The position numbers and the translations under genes are program-made. Below are positions 9,910 to 18,836 of a stretch of DNA of 64,000 nucleotides, piece after piece. Numbering within the stretch: position 1 is the first letter of the stretch; the number at the start of each line of letters is the position of its first letter. Source of the DNA: Clostridiaceae bacterium (GTDB lineage: Bacteria > Bacillota > Clostridia > Clostridiales > Clostridiaceae); the NCBI GenBank assembly GCA_031549885.1, contig JAVBPD010000033.1, positions 22-64,021 of the forward strand, in the 5' to 3' direction. The notes below the pieces were generated by a model. It was not told where the DNA came from. It made no database searches and was given only the letters and a program-made list of their open reading frames with translations.

Positions 9910-10860
9910 TTAATTTTTTTTGTCATCTTTTTTAATGTTTGTATCTTCTATAATATAGTGAGGACGTTTTTTAACCTCATAATAAATTCTTCCAATATAC
10001 TCACCAATAATTCCAAGAGCCACCAATTGAAGGCCACCAATAACTAGTATGGCAGTTATAATAGTAAAATATCCAGGTACAGCAATGCCATGAATTAATA
10101 TATTAATAAAAGTCCAAATAACATATATTAGGCTTAAAAGCATTATTATAACCCCAATATAGATAATTGCTCTAAGAGGTTTATTATTAAAAGATAATAT
10201 GCCATCAAAACCATATTGAATAAGACTTTTAAGGGTCCATTTACTTTCTCCTTCTGCTCTTAACTGATTATCATACTCTATCGTCTTTTCTTTAAAGCCA
10301 ATCCAAGAAAAAATTCCTTTAGAAAATCTATTATTTTCAGGTAATGATAAAATAGAATCTACAGCTCTTCTAGATAAAATTCTAAAATCACCTGACCCAT
10401 CAGTTAATTTTACATCAATCATATTGTTTACAATTTTATAATACAATTTAGAAAGAGAACTTTTAAATGCAGAATCGCCCTTTCTATTCCTTCTCGCTAT
10501 TACTTGATCATATCCTTCATTTAAACCCTTAATCATTTCAGGAATAAGCTCAGGAGGATGCTGAAGATCTGCATCAATAATAACTACTGCATCACCGCTT
10601 GAATATTTTAAACCTGCATACATACCAGCTTCTTTTCCAAAATTTCGTGAAAAAGAAACATATTTAAGCTCTTCATAATTATCTTGCATGCCCTTTAAAA
10701 TTTTTAAAGTATTATCTTTACTACCATCATTCACAAAAATTAATTCATAATCATACCCCTTTTCTGTACAAAATTTGCTCATTACTTCATATAATTTTTC
10801 GAATGTACTTCTTATTACTCTTTCTTCATTATAGCAAGGAATAACAACAGATACTTTCAT
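9910..10860 (-). CDS. csbB: GT2 polyprenol-phosphate glycosyltransferase (CsbB/GtrB-like)
   Basis: VSVVIPCYNEE, FVNDGSKDNT and IDADLQHPPE motifs plus two C-terminal TMs. ATG at 10860 is preferred over the track's TTG at 10875. Confidence 0.85.
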   Translation of the reverse strand: MKVSVVIPCYNEERVIRSTFEKLYEVMSKFCTEKGYDYELIFVNDGSKDNTLKILKGMQDNYEELKYVSFSRNFGKEAGMYAGLKYSSGDAVVIIDADLQHPPELIPEMIKGLNEGYDQVIARRNRKGDSAFKSSLSKLYYKIVNNMIDVKLTDGSGDFRILSRRAVDSILSLPENNRFSKGIFSWIGFKEKTIEYDNQLRAEGESKWTLKSLIQYGFDGILSFNNKPLRAIIYIGVIIMLLSLIYVIWTFINILIHGIAVPGYFTIITAILVIGGLQLVALGIIGEYIGRIYYEVKKRPHYIIEDTNIKKDDKKN

Positions 10861-11074
10861 AACTCTCACTTTCAACCTACATTCATAATTTTTAACTTAT
10901 AAAAAAATCATAATATTAATTAAAATATTTGTCAAATCAAAGATACAACATGCTTTGAAGTTTTTTGATAAACTATAGACATTATAACAGAAGCTTGTTG
11001 TATTAATAAAGTATTATGTCTATATAATTTAGATTTTGTAAAATACAAATTTTTATACTCAAGAATAATATAAA

Positions 11075-11115
11075 AATAAGGCTGCATCTTTTTGACACAG
11101 TCTTTTCATTTAAAT
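11075..11115 (-). terminator. Weak candidate terminator after the ABC ATPase gene
   Basis: The minus-strand RNA would fold AAGACUG...CAGCCUU (7 bp, one A-C mismatch), followed by AUUUUUA. Confidence 0.3.
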
Positions 11116-11117
11116 AA

Positions 11118-11795
11118 TTATAAATTTGTCACTCTTCCATCTGATATCCAAATTATTCTCTGGCAATAACTTGATACAAATCTATCGTGAGTAACTATTA
11201 TTATAGTTTTTCCTTCAAAATTTAAATCCCTAAAAATACCCATTATATCTGCTCCTGTTTTTTGATCAAGAGATCCTGTAGGTTCATCTGCTAAAATAAT
11301 GGAGGGGTTGCTAGCAAGGGCCCTTGCAATAGCTACTCTTTGCTGCTGACCTCCAGATAATTCACTAGGCTTTTTATTTCTTTTATCATATATATCCAGC
11401 TTTTGCAAATACTTCTTTCCGATTTTCACATTCTTGCTATAGCTTTGATTTCTATATGTAAGTGGAAGTATAACATTGTCTAGTGAAGAATAATCTTGAA
11501 GAAGTGCAAAATCTTGAAATATAAATCCAAATTTATTATTTCTTAAAGATGCAATTTCATTTGAACTTAAATTCTTTACCGATATGCCTTCTAAAAAATA
11601 GTTACCAACAGTAGGTCTATCTAAACACCCAATTATATTTAACAAAGTGCTCTTTCCGGACCCAGAAGGACCCATTATTGCAATCATTTCGCCTTTTTTT
11701 ATTGAAATATTTACATTTTTTAAAGCTACAACTTCATTTTCTTTTTCTCCAAAAACCTTTGTAACATTTGTAAGCCTTATGATCTCTTCCATCAT
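11118..11795 (-). CDS. ABC transporter ATP-binding protein (MacB/LolD/FtsE-like)
   Basis: Walker A GPSGSGKST, signature LSGGQQQRVAIARAL, Walker B ILADEPTGSLD. ATGA overlap with the upstream permease gene. Confidence 0.9.
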   Translation of the reverse strand: MMEEIIRLTNVTKVFGEKENEVVALKNVNISIKKGEMIAIMGPSGSGKSTLLNIIGCLDRPTVGNYFLEGISVKNLSSNEIASLRNNKFGFIFQDFALLQDYSSLDNVILPLTYRNQSYSKNVKIGKKYLQKLDIYDKRNKKPSELSGGQQQRVAIARALASNPSIILADEPTGSLDQKTGADIMGIFRDLNFEGKTIIIVTHDRFVSSYCQRIIWISDGRVTNL

Positions 11796-13069
11796 TCGTC
11801 CCTCCTTAGTAAATCCCGTACATCAAGCTTGTCTATTCTCTTTATAGGAATAATAGATGCAATTAATGCAATTACAAATACAATAACACAACTTAATAAA
11901 AATACTAAATAATCAGATTTTTCAGTTATTTGTATTGCAAGAAGCTGTGGAAATAAGATCATAATTGTATTAGCTATTATAATAGTCAATATGAATATTA
12001 CTATCATTTCAAGCACTATACCTTTAGAAATATCCTTAGTTGTTGCTCCTACAGCCATTCTAATCCCATACTCTTCTTTGTTTTTTAAAATAGATAACAT
12101 AACAGATGAAATTACACCAAGAAGTGAAAAAAATGTAAGCATAATAGCTAAAAAGGCATTATAAAATATACCTTCATTGCTTAAATTATTTATTTCTTTT
12201 ATCTCATCAGTATATTTAACGGATTTTAAAGTTAAATTTAAGTCATTGCATTTTTTGTCAATATTGTCAATTACTTGAGACACATTTGCTCCACTTCTTA
12301 TTTTATAGCTGCAATTTACTCCATATCTAATAAAATAATCATCTAGTGAGTTATCTTCTTTGCTAAAAGGTATTAAAATAGCATCATCCATATTTTTAAC
12401 TTCTAAAGATGATAATGTTGCATCTCCCCCAATAAACATCTGTCCCTGTTTTAATACTCCAACTACTTTGTATTTAGTTAATACCCTGCCTGTTGTATCA
12501 TTTTGTTCAAATATCACATCTCCAGGCTTATAATATTTGCTTATATTTTCTCCTACTATAATTGGAATCTCTAAATTTTTATCTAAATTAAAATCATCTT
12601 CTCTAAGGCCTCTTCCAGATTTAATATTGATTTTTACCATATTGTACATCTCATTGTCCATGAAAACTCCTGGCAATGACAAATATTTAACCATATTATT
12701 ATTTTCATCGTAAAGTTCAACTGTCATATAGCTATTTTGAAGCTCTTTAATGTCATCTTCTCCAATTAAAATGCTTCCATTTTTAAAGCTACCAACTAAT
12801 TCAACATCTTTATTTGATTTTATATAATCTATTAATTGTTCTAAAGCATTTCTCATTTCTTCAGTCTTCTTAGTTTCTCCGCTATAATAATTAGAAAGAT
12901 GAACAATATTGCTATTTCCAATAAGGCCTGTTACTACAGTTTTTCTATTTATTAATGATTTATTTAATAAAAGAGCATTGTTTAATAATATAAATCCAAA
13001 TACCATTTGAATAATAGTAAGCAGCACAAACCATTTTTTAACAAAAAGGCTTTTAAATACATATCTCAT
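11792..13069 (-). CDS. FtsX-like ABC permease (TM1, large extracytoplasmic domain, 3 C-terminal TMs)
   Basis: Topology read from the sequence. The C-terminal region EYGIRMAVGATTKDISKG resembles the FtsX/MacB motif. Confidence 0.8.
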   Translation of the reverse strand: MRYVFKSLFVKKWFVLLTIIQMVFGFILLNNALLLNKSLINRKTVVTGLIGNSNIVHLSNYYSGETKKTEEMRNALEQLIDYIKSNKDVELVGSFKNGSILIGEDDIKELQNSYMTVELYDENNNMVKYLSLPGVFMDNEMYNMVKINIKSGRGLREDDFNLDKNLEIPIIVGENISKYYKPGDVIFEQNDTTGRVLTKYKVVGVLKQGQMFIGGDATLSSLEVKNMDDAILIPFSKEDNSLDDYFIRYGVNCSYKIRSGANVSQVIDNIDKKCNDLNLTLKSVKYTDEIKEINNLSNEGIFYNAFLAIMLTFFSLLGVISSVMLSILKNKEEYGIRMAVGATTKDISKGIVLEMIVIFILTIIIANTIMILFPQLLAIQITEKSDYLVFLLSCVIVFVIALIASIIPIKRIDKLDVRDLLRRDE

Positions 13070-13085
13070 AAGTGCAAATGCCTCC

Positions 13086-14210
13086 TTAATTCTTTATAAG
13101 TAAACTTGGTTCTATGTTAAGTGATGTCTTCATTGGAATAAAGGAGGTTATGAATCCACATATTAATGAAACCAAAAAACCAAATATAAAATTAATAATT
13201 GAAATTGCAATAGAATATCCAAATATTTCTTTTACAAACAAGCTTATTAAAAAATGAAGCAATAACGCAAGTACTGATGAAATTAATATTAAAAATGTCA
13301 TTTCACTATAAAACATTAAAAATATTCTAAAATTTGTTGCTCCATAAGCCTTTCGTATGCCAATTTCCTTTTTCCTCTTAAAAAACCAATAATAACTAAT
13401 ATGTATAACATTTATAATAGCTACAAGCAGCGTCATCCCCATTAGAGATAATATGGGCCTTGATTCACTCCAAAACTTAGAGTTTAAATCTTTTTGGTTC
13501 CTAGGAATATCTAAACTAATTTTAACATTTGCATCAATTTGTTTTGAAAAATCTATAATACCTTGAACATCATGATAAGGTACATCATTATTTTTTTTAA
13601 ATAAAAATGAGTATATTAAATTATTTTTATATAAGCTCATTACATTTTCTGGAACAGAATCAAAAGGTATTATAACATCATTATCCCACAATGATGTAGA
13701 ATCCTTTCTCCCCATTACACCTACTACTTTAAATTCTGTTCCACTTATATCTATATAACGGTCTTTACCTTTCTTACTTGTATCACCTATAAAATTTTTA
13801 CCAATTAAAGCTATTTTTTCATTAGAATTAACCATTTTAGTTGTAAAATAAGAACCTTCTATAGTTGGTGGAACCCATTCAGGAATTTTAGTAAAAATTT
13901 CACATGTAATATCATAACCTGGTTTATTGTTTATATTAGCATTAATTCCTATAAGCTGTATGTCAAGTTCAGTTTTACTTTCCTTAACTTTATTTAAAAA
14001 AACATTAGAATCAATATCTTTTGAAAACTCAAAACCCACATGCAATTCGTGGTTTGGAACTCCATTTGAAATATCAATTATATGCTGCCTAGTTTGATTT
14101 ATAACTGAAACTCCCATAGATATAATGAACATAGATACAAAATATCCTAAGATTATGATAGTGCTAGATAATGGATGTGCACGAATTTGCTTAAATATAT
14201 TTTTTAACAT
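13086..14210 (-). CDS. FtsX-like ABC permease, second half-permease
   Basis: Same 1+3 TM layout. EIGIRKAYGATNFRIF motif. Confidence 0.8.
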   Translation of the reverse strand: MLKNIFKQIRAHPLSSTIIILGYFVSMFIISMGVSVINQTRQHIIDISNGVPNHELHVGFEFSKDIDSNVFLNKVKESKTELDIQLIGINANINNKPGYDITCEIFTKIPEWVPPTIEGSYFTTKMVNSNEKIALIGKNFIGDTSKKGKDRYIDISGTEFKVVGVMGRKDSTSLWDNDVIIPFDSVPENVMSLYKNNLIYSFLFKKNNDVPYHDVQGIIDFSKQIDANVKISLDIPRNQKDLNSKFWSESRPILSLMGMTLLVAIINVIHISYYWFFKRKKEIGIRKAYGATNFRIFLMFYSEMTFLILISSVLALLLHFLISLFVKEIFGYSIAISIINFIFGFLVSLICGFITSFIPMKTSLNIEPSLLIKN

Positions 14211-14230
14211 AAATTTACCTCTTATAAAGC

Positions 14231-14608
14231 TTAATAAATTATCTCATATCCCAAAGAATCTTTTAAATCAAAAGTACTGTGATAACTTTCAAAGCTTTTA
14301 GCTCCACTTAAAGCTTTTATATTTACTTTTGCTGTTTTCCAGGATTCATTAAAAATTGAACATATCCTTTTCCCTTTAATATCCTTTGCTTCTAGGTACA
14401 CATAAGCTTTGCTATTATCGCCATCATAAGTAGTATAAGCATATGCACTTGTTTTAAATGGTGAAGACTTTTTAACAACTAAATTGCCACTTATCTTTTC
14501 ATCAGAAGATAGCTTTTGAGTAAATTCTTCAGCTCTTATAATTGAAGCAGCTAACATTGTTATGCTGGTTATACTAACTGTAAAACCTATTATTTTATTT
14601 TTCACCAT
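14231..14608 (-). CDS. Small secreted protein of unknown function (Sec signal peptide, about 99-aa beta-rich mature part)
   Basis: MVKNKIIGFTVSITSITMLAASIIRA/EE looks like a signal peptide with no lipobox. It is the first gene of the ABC operon and has a GGAGGGGAAATAATG ribosome-binding site. Confidence 0.6.
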   Translation of the reverse strand: MVKNKIIGFTVSITSITMLAASIIRAEEFTQKLSSDEKISGNLVVKKSSPFKTSAYAYTTYDGDNSKAYVYLEAKDIKGKRICSIFNESWKTAKVNIKALSGAKSFESYHSTFDLKDSLGYEIIY

Positions 14609-14975
14609 TATTTCCCCTCCTATGAAAACATTTAATTATTAACTATTTTTTTACAATATATTTCGTAAAATAATCTTATATTATTAAATTACATTATTAA
14701 AGTTAATTTTACATATATAAATCCTGTTATTTAATTATTTATTCCTAAAACAAAAAGTTAAAAAAATAAATAAATATTAATTAACTTTCTCATTTATAAT
14801 TATTCAAAAATCGCAAAAAAAAATAAAGGATTAATATAATTAATAGCATTTTAATAGTATAATTATAGAGGAAATTTAACATTTATGTTTTATTAATTTA
14901 ATATCTAAAGTTTATCATAATGTATAATTTATATCTGATAGCCTAAAATAAGCTGATACAATTCTAAAGGATGGT

Positions 14976-15833
14976 GTGATTTTGAAAAATAAAATTAAAG
15001 AATATTCATTTGTTGTAATTGGAATTTTGCTCTACTCCCTATATGCATCGATTATATTAGTTCCCAATAATGTTGGGTCAAGTGGTATACTTGGTTTATC
15101 CATAGTTGCAAATAAACTATTTGGATTTAAAATTGGAATTGTAAGCTTTATACTTAACATTCCCCTTTTATTATTTGGTTTTAAAATTGTAGGAAAATCC
15201 TTTATAATTAAAACGTTAATAGTAACTGTTACATCCTCTTTTTTAATAGATACTTTGCCTAAATTCATTCCAGTTTTTATATTAAATGATAAATTAACTG
15301 CAGCACTATTTTGCGGCGTGTTATCAGCAGTATCAATGGCACTTCTTTTTATAGGAAAAGCATCCTCAGGAGGCCTTGATATTTCAGCAAAAATAATAAA
15401 AGTTAAATTAAAATCCGTATCACTTTCCAGGATACTTCTTATTCAAGATTTTGTTGTTTATATAATTATAGCGTTTACAATTGGGCTCCAATATGTAACT
15501 TATGCGCTAATATTAAGCTTTGTAAGAAGTAAAACCTTTGAAGCAATTCAAAATAATTTTTCTGCTCCAAAGCAATGCATAATTATTTGCAAGAAAAATT
15601 CAAAGCTTATATCTGAAATTAAAAATAGAATAGTTAGAGGCATTACATTTTGGAATGTTAAAGGTGCTTATTCCAATGAGGATAAATTAATACTTTACAT
15701 GGTAATTCAAAATAGCGAAATACTAGCTGTAAAGAATATAATACATGAAATAGATAAAGAAGCCTTTGTTTCAATTTCTGATGTAGAATCTGTTCTAGGC
15801 AATTTTGAAGAGCATTCTATTTCATTTTTATAG
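14976..15833 (+). CDS. YitT-family membrane protein (DUF161 repeats + C-terminal DUF2179-like domain)
   Basis: Five to six TMs followed by a soluble C-terminal domain. Family recognised from the SSGGLDI motif and overall layout. GTG start. Confidence 0.7.
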   Translation: MILKNKIKEYSFVVIGILLYSLYASIILVPNNVGSSGILGLSIVANKLFGFKIGIVSFILNIPLLLFGFKIVGKSFIIKTLIVTVTSSFLIDTLPKFIPVFILNDKLTAALFCGVLSAVSMALLFIGKASSGGLDISAKIIKVKLKSVSLSRILLIQDFVVYIIIAFTIGLQYVTYALILSFVRSKTFEAIQNNFSAPKQCIIICKKNSKLISEIKNRIVRGITFWNVKGAYSNEDKLILYMVIQNSEILAVKNIIHEIDKEAFVSISDVESVLGNFEEHSISFL

Positions 15834-15866
15834 AACTTATAAATATTTAAAGTTAGGAGAAGATTT

Positions 15867-16391
15867 ATGTCAAGAGAAGAACTTGCAAAGAAAATTTATG
15901 AAATTTCCCATTTAACTGGTGAATTCAAATTAAGATCAGGTCAAATATCAAATGAATATTTTGATAAATATTTATTTGAATCAAATCCAAAGGTGCTTTA
16001 TGAAATTGTAAAGCTTATGAAGGAATTAATTCCTGAAGGAATAGAGATACTTGCAGGACTTGAAACAGGAGGCATACCTATAGCCACTATGCTTTCCTTT
16101 GAAACGTCTATTGAAACTGCATTTGTAAGAAAAAAAGCTAAAGAGTATGGCACATGTAACCTTTCTGAAGGTTGTGATGTTAAAGGTAAAAGGGTATGTA
16201 TTATTGAAGATGTAGTGACAACTGGAGGACAAATAATTGAAAGTGCTAGTGAATTAAGAAAAAGAGGTGCCATTATAGATACTGTGCTTTGTGTGATTTT
16301 AAGAAAAGAAGAGGCATATTCAATACTTAAATCGCAAGACCTTACTTTAAAACCTCTGTTTACCATGGACTATATCAAAAGCTTAGTATAG
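15867..16391 (+). CDS. Orotate phosphoribosyltransferase-like (type I PRTase), short form
   Basis: PRPP-binding loop VCIIEDVVTTGG. N-terminus FKLRSGQISNEYFD is typical of OPRT-like proteins. Confidence 0.7.
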   Translation: MSREELAKKIYEISHLTGEFKLRSGQISNEYFDKYLFESNPKVLYEIVKLMKELIPEGIEILAGLETGGIPIATMLSFETSIETAFVRKKAKEYGTCNLSEGCDVKGKRVCIIEDVVTTGGQIIESASELRKRGAIIDTVLCVILRKEEAYSILKSQDLTLKPLFTMDYIKSLV

Positions 16392-16395
16392 TACC

Positions 16396-17130
16396 ATGAA
16401 AGAAAATAAATACGATGATGAGAAATTCTTTAATAAATATAAAAATATGGGACGCTCCATAGGTGGTTTAGATTCATCTGGTGAATGGCATGAGTTTAAA
16501 AGGCTTTTTAAAGATATAGAAGATAAACGTATTTTAGATTTAGGCTGTGGTTTTGGATGGCATTTAAGATATGCTATTGACCATGGAGCAAAATGTGCTG
16601 TTGGTGTTGATATTTCTGAGAAAATGATTCAAATGGCTAAAGAAAAAACTTCATCTGATAAAATAAAATATGTTTTAATGCCTATTGAAGATATAAATTT
16701 TCCTAAAGATTCATTTGATATTGTAATAAGCTCCCTTGCATTTCACTATATTAAATCATTTAAAGACATTTGTTTAAAAATAAAAGAATGCCTTGTTTTA
16801 GATGGTAAATTTATATTTTCAGTGGAACATCCTATTTTTACAGCAGAAGGATCTCAAAGCTTCTTTTATAATGAAGAAGGAACTCCTATTCATTGGCCTA
16901 TCGATAGATATTTTGAAGAAGGATTAAGAGAAACTAATTTTTTAGGTGAAAAGATTATAAAATATCATAGAACGCTTACTACATATATTGACGATCTTCT
17001 GCAATGTGGTTTTACCATAAAAAGCATAATAGAGCCAAAACCTGAACCAAATCTCTTAAATAACCTTGAAATGAAAAATGAACTTAGAAGACCAATGATG
17101 CTTATAATTTCTTCCGAAAAAAATTTTTAA
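16396..17130 (+). CDS. Class I SAM-dependent methyltransferase
   Basis: Motif I ILDLGCGFGWH. About 240 aa. Confidence 0.8.
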   Translation: MKENKYDDEKFFNKYKNMGRSIGGLDSSGEWHEFKRLFKDIEDKRILDLGCGFGWHLRYAIDHGAKCAVGVDISEKMIQMAKEKTSSDKIKYVLMPIEDINFPKDSFDIVISSLAFHYIKSFKDICLKIKECLVLDGKFIFSVEHPIFTAEGSQSFFYNEEGTPIHWPIDRYFEEGLRETNFLGEKIIKYHRTLTTYIDDLLQCGFTIKSIIEPKPEPNLLNNLEMKNELRRPMMLIISSEKNF

Positions 17131-17137
17131 AATTTGT

Positions 17138-17176
17138 GTGCATGTATTTTGATACATGCACTTTACCTTTTTTAAT
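17138..17176 (+). terminator. Rho-independent terminator
   Basis: Perfect 10-bp stem GTGCATGTAT/ATACATGCAC, 4-nt loop, then TTTACCTTTTTTAAT. Confidence 0.7.
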
Positions 17177-17210
17177 AAAAAAGTGGTTCTATTTGAAACT
17201 TGCGCTAAAT

Positions 17211-17744
17211 TTACAACTTCAAATCTTTTAAAAAATATAACACCAATTCATCATCGTTCACACAAGTTTCCCCATGTAATAACGGTCTGCCATTATACCA
17301 AAGCCCAGAGCCATCAGGAATATATCCCCTTTTTACATATAGCCTTTGAGCTGGTCCATAATCTTCATAAAGACCAACAGCTAAAGAAACGTAGTCACTT
17401 TTTTCTTTGCAAACACTTTCAGCAATATCTAATAGTTTATTTCCAATTCCTTGGTTTCTATATTTTATAAGAACATTAAAATCTGCAATTTCTGGAACAT
17501 CCTTATGAAAAAAAGGACCTTTTTTTACTTTGAGTAAAAGAGTAACATAGCCACAAACTTCACCATTTTTTTCTGCTACAAACACCATTCTTTTTTCTTC
17601 ACTTTGCTGCTTAAAATAACCTTCAAGCCTGCTTCTGTATACAAATTTCCCCCAACCTTGCATAACAAAAGCATTGTAAAAATCATCTATATCTTTTTCA
17701 ATCATAGATCTAACACACAAGCCATCGCATTCATAATAAATCAT
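17211..17744 (-). CDS. GNAT-family N-acetyltransferase
   Basis: Acetyl-CoA motif YRNQGIGNKLLD. About 177 aa. Confidence 0.8.
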   Translation of the reverse strand: MIYYECDGLCVRSMIEKDIDDFYNAFVMQGWGKFVYRSRLEGYFKQQSEEKRMVFVAEKNGEVCGYVTLLLKVKKGPFFHKDVPEIADFNVLIKYRNQGIGNKLLDIAESVCKEKSDYVSLAVGLYEDYGPAQRLYVKRGYIPDGSGLWYNGRPLLHGETCVNDDELVLYFLKDLKL

Positions 17745-17885
17745 TAAAAGTCATCCCCCTATAAACCATTATAATGTTACTTTAAACTTTTTAAAACACT
17801 TAATTATTTAAAATTAGAACATTGTCTATAAATTTATTTTTTGATATTATTATGCTAAAATACTTTAAAAAAGTGAGGAAAATTT

Positions 17886-18005
17886 ATGGAATTTAGCATA
17901 AGACCTATTAAAGCTGGGGATGGGCCTGGGTTTAACGAATTAAGGCGCATGCCAGGAGTTTTTGAAAATTGCTTAGGAATACCATCTAAGCGTGAAGAGA
18001 AATAA
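17886..18005 (+). pseudogene. 39-codon ORF resembling only the N-terminal part of a GNAT acetyltransferase (possible gene remnant)
   Basis: GAGGAAAATTTATG ribosome-binding site. Product is MEFSIRPIKAGDGPGFNELRRMPGVFENCLGIPSKREEK*. The IRP...D...ELRR.PGV pattern is typical of GNAT N-termini, but the acetyl-CoA-binding core is absent. Confidence 0.35.
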
Positions 18006-18016
18006 CAGAGGTTTAT

Positions 18017-18793
18017 ATGTTTTTATTTGAAGAAGACGATATTAAAAATTTTATATTAAAAATGCTTTTTTCTATTGTTTTAATTTTAGTATTAATAATA
18101 GCATTGCAGGTTATTAAAAAAATTATAAAACCCCTAGTTAATAAAAATTTAATTTTAAAAAATGTTTTAAATGAAGGCAAAAGAGAGACTTTAAACTCTC
18201 TATTTGATAGCATTATTTTATTTTTATCCATAATTTTAGGAATTATATCATTGGTATATATTTGGCTTGGCCCCGTTTCTTTAGGTCTTGCTACCATATT
18301 AGGTGTAGCAGCTGGAGTTTCTCTTCAAAATTTTATTAAAGATATAATATCAGGGCTTTTAATCATAATAGAAGATCAATTTAAAGTTGGAGACTTTATA
18401 GAAATTGAAAATAAGCAGGGCACAGTTACAAAATTAACTTTAAGATCCACAGAATTTAAAGATCCAAATGGTTCCATCCATATAATCCCAAATAGTTTAA
18501 TAACTAAACTTACAAACTTTTCAAAAGGCCATGGGAGAATTTTAGTAGAGATCATTATAAGCAATAAAAACAATATAAACACAGTAATGATGATTTTAAA
18601 TGAATTTTGTATGATTTATGAAAACCCTGATCTTATAACAAGACCCACTGTGCATTTTTCATCAGTTAAAGAGACAAGCATGTTAATTAAGGTTATAGCT
18701 TTCTCAAATTTCACAAAATTTCGTGAAATAGAAGAAGAATTAAGAATTAAAATCATTAAACTATTAGATGAATTTGGAGTTAAATTTGCTTAA
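18017..18793 (+). CDS. Small-conductance mechanosensitive channel (MscS family)
   Basis: N-terminal TMs, then FKVGDFIEIENKQGTVTKLTLRSTEFKDPNGSIHIIPNS, typical of the MscS beta-domain. Confidence 0.8.
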   Translation: MFLFEEDDIKNFILKMLFSIVLILVLIIALQVIKKIIKPLVNKNLILKNVLNEGKRETLNSLFDSIILFLSIILGIISLVYIWLGPVSLGLATILGVAAGVSLQNFIKDIISGLLIIIEDQFKVGDFIEIENKQGTVTKLTLRSTEFKDPNGSIHIIPNSLITKLTNFSKGHGRILVEIIISNKNNINTVMMILNEFCMIYENPDLITRPTVHFSSVKETSMLIKVIAFSNFTKFREIEEELRIKIIKLLDEFGVKFA

Positions 18794-18797
18794 AAAC

Positions 18798-18832
18798 TAA
18801 GTCGTTCTAAACACATTTATTAGAACGACTTA
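18798..18832. terminator. Bidirectional hairpin between convergent genes
   Basis: Perfect 12-bp stem TAAGTCGTTCTA/TAGAACGACTTA with an 11-nt loop. The flanking U-runs are weak. Confidence 0.55.
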
Positions 18833-18836
18833 ATCT

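Larger units (their letters stand above)
4198..9920. repeat. Tandem direct duplication (two units of about 2.9 kb), each carrying one yfhO-type gene plus flanks
   Basis: The 917- and 929-aa products align end to end with long identical runs (e.g. QFMQFFPFLQDAF.KGQPFWSFNYGLGGNIFGEFSYYYTTSPYFYLMLIPRIITG). The 3' flanks share AAATTACTAATTTTTT (4199.. and 7082..). The 5' flanks share CACCAAAT..CCTTAATTTTTT (6977.. and 9898..). Confidence 0.9.

Noticed and set aside
14231-14608. Direct assignment of the small secreted protein to the lactococcin 972 family
   Set aside because: Only the operon layout is reminiscent. I see none of the sequence features I remember from Lcn972, and the mature part is larger. 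It is kept only as a hypothesis.
14609-14975. 367-bp AT-rich region upstream of the yitT-like gene, examined for a riboswitch or small ORF
   Set aside because: There are no conserved riboswitch-like GC-rich helices and no ORF with an RBS. Only a short CTGATA...CTGATA direct repeat is present, which is too short to be meaningful.
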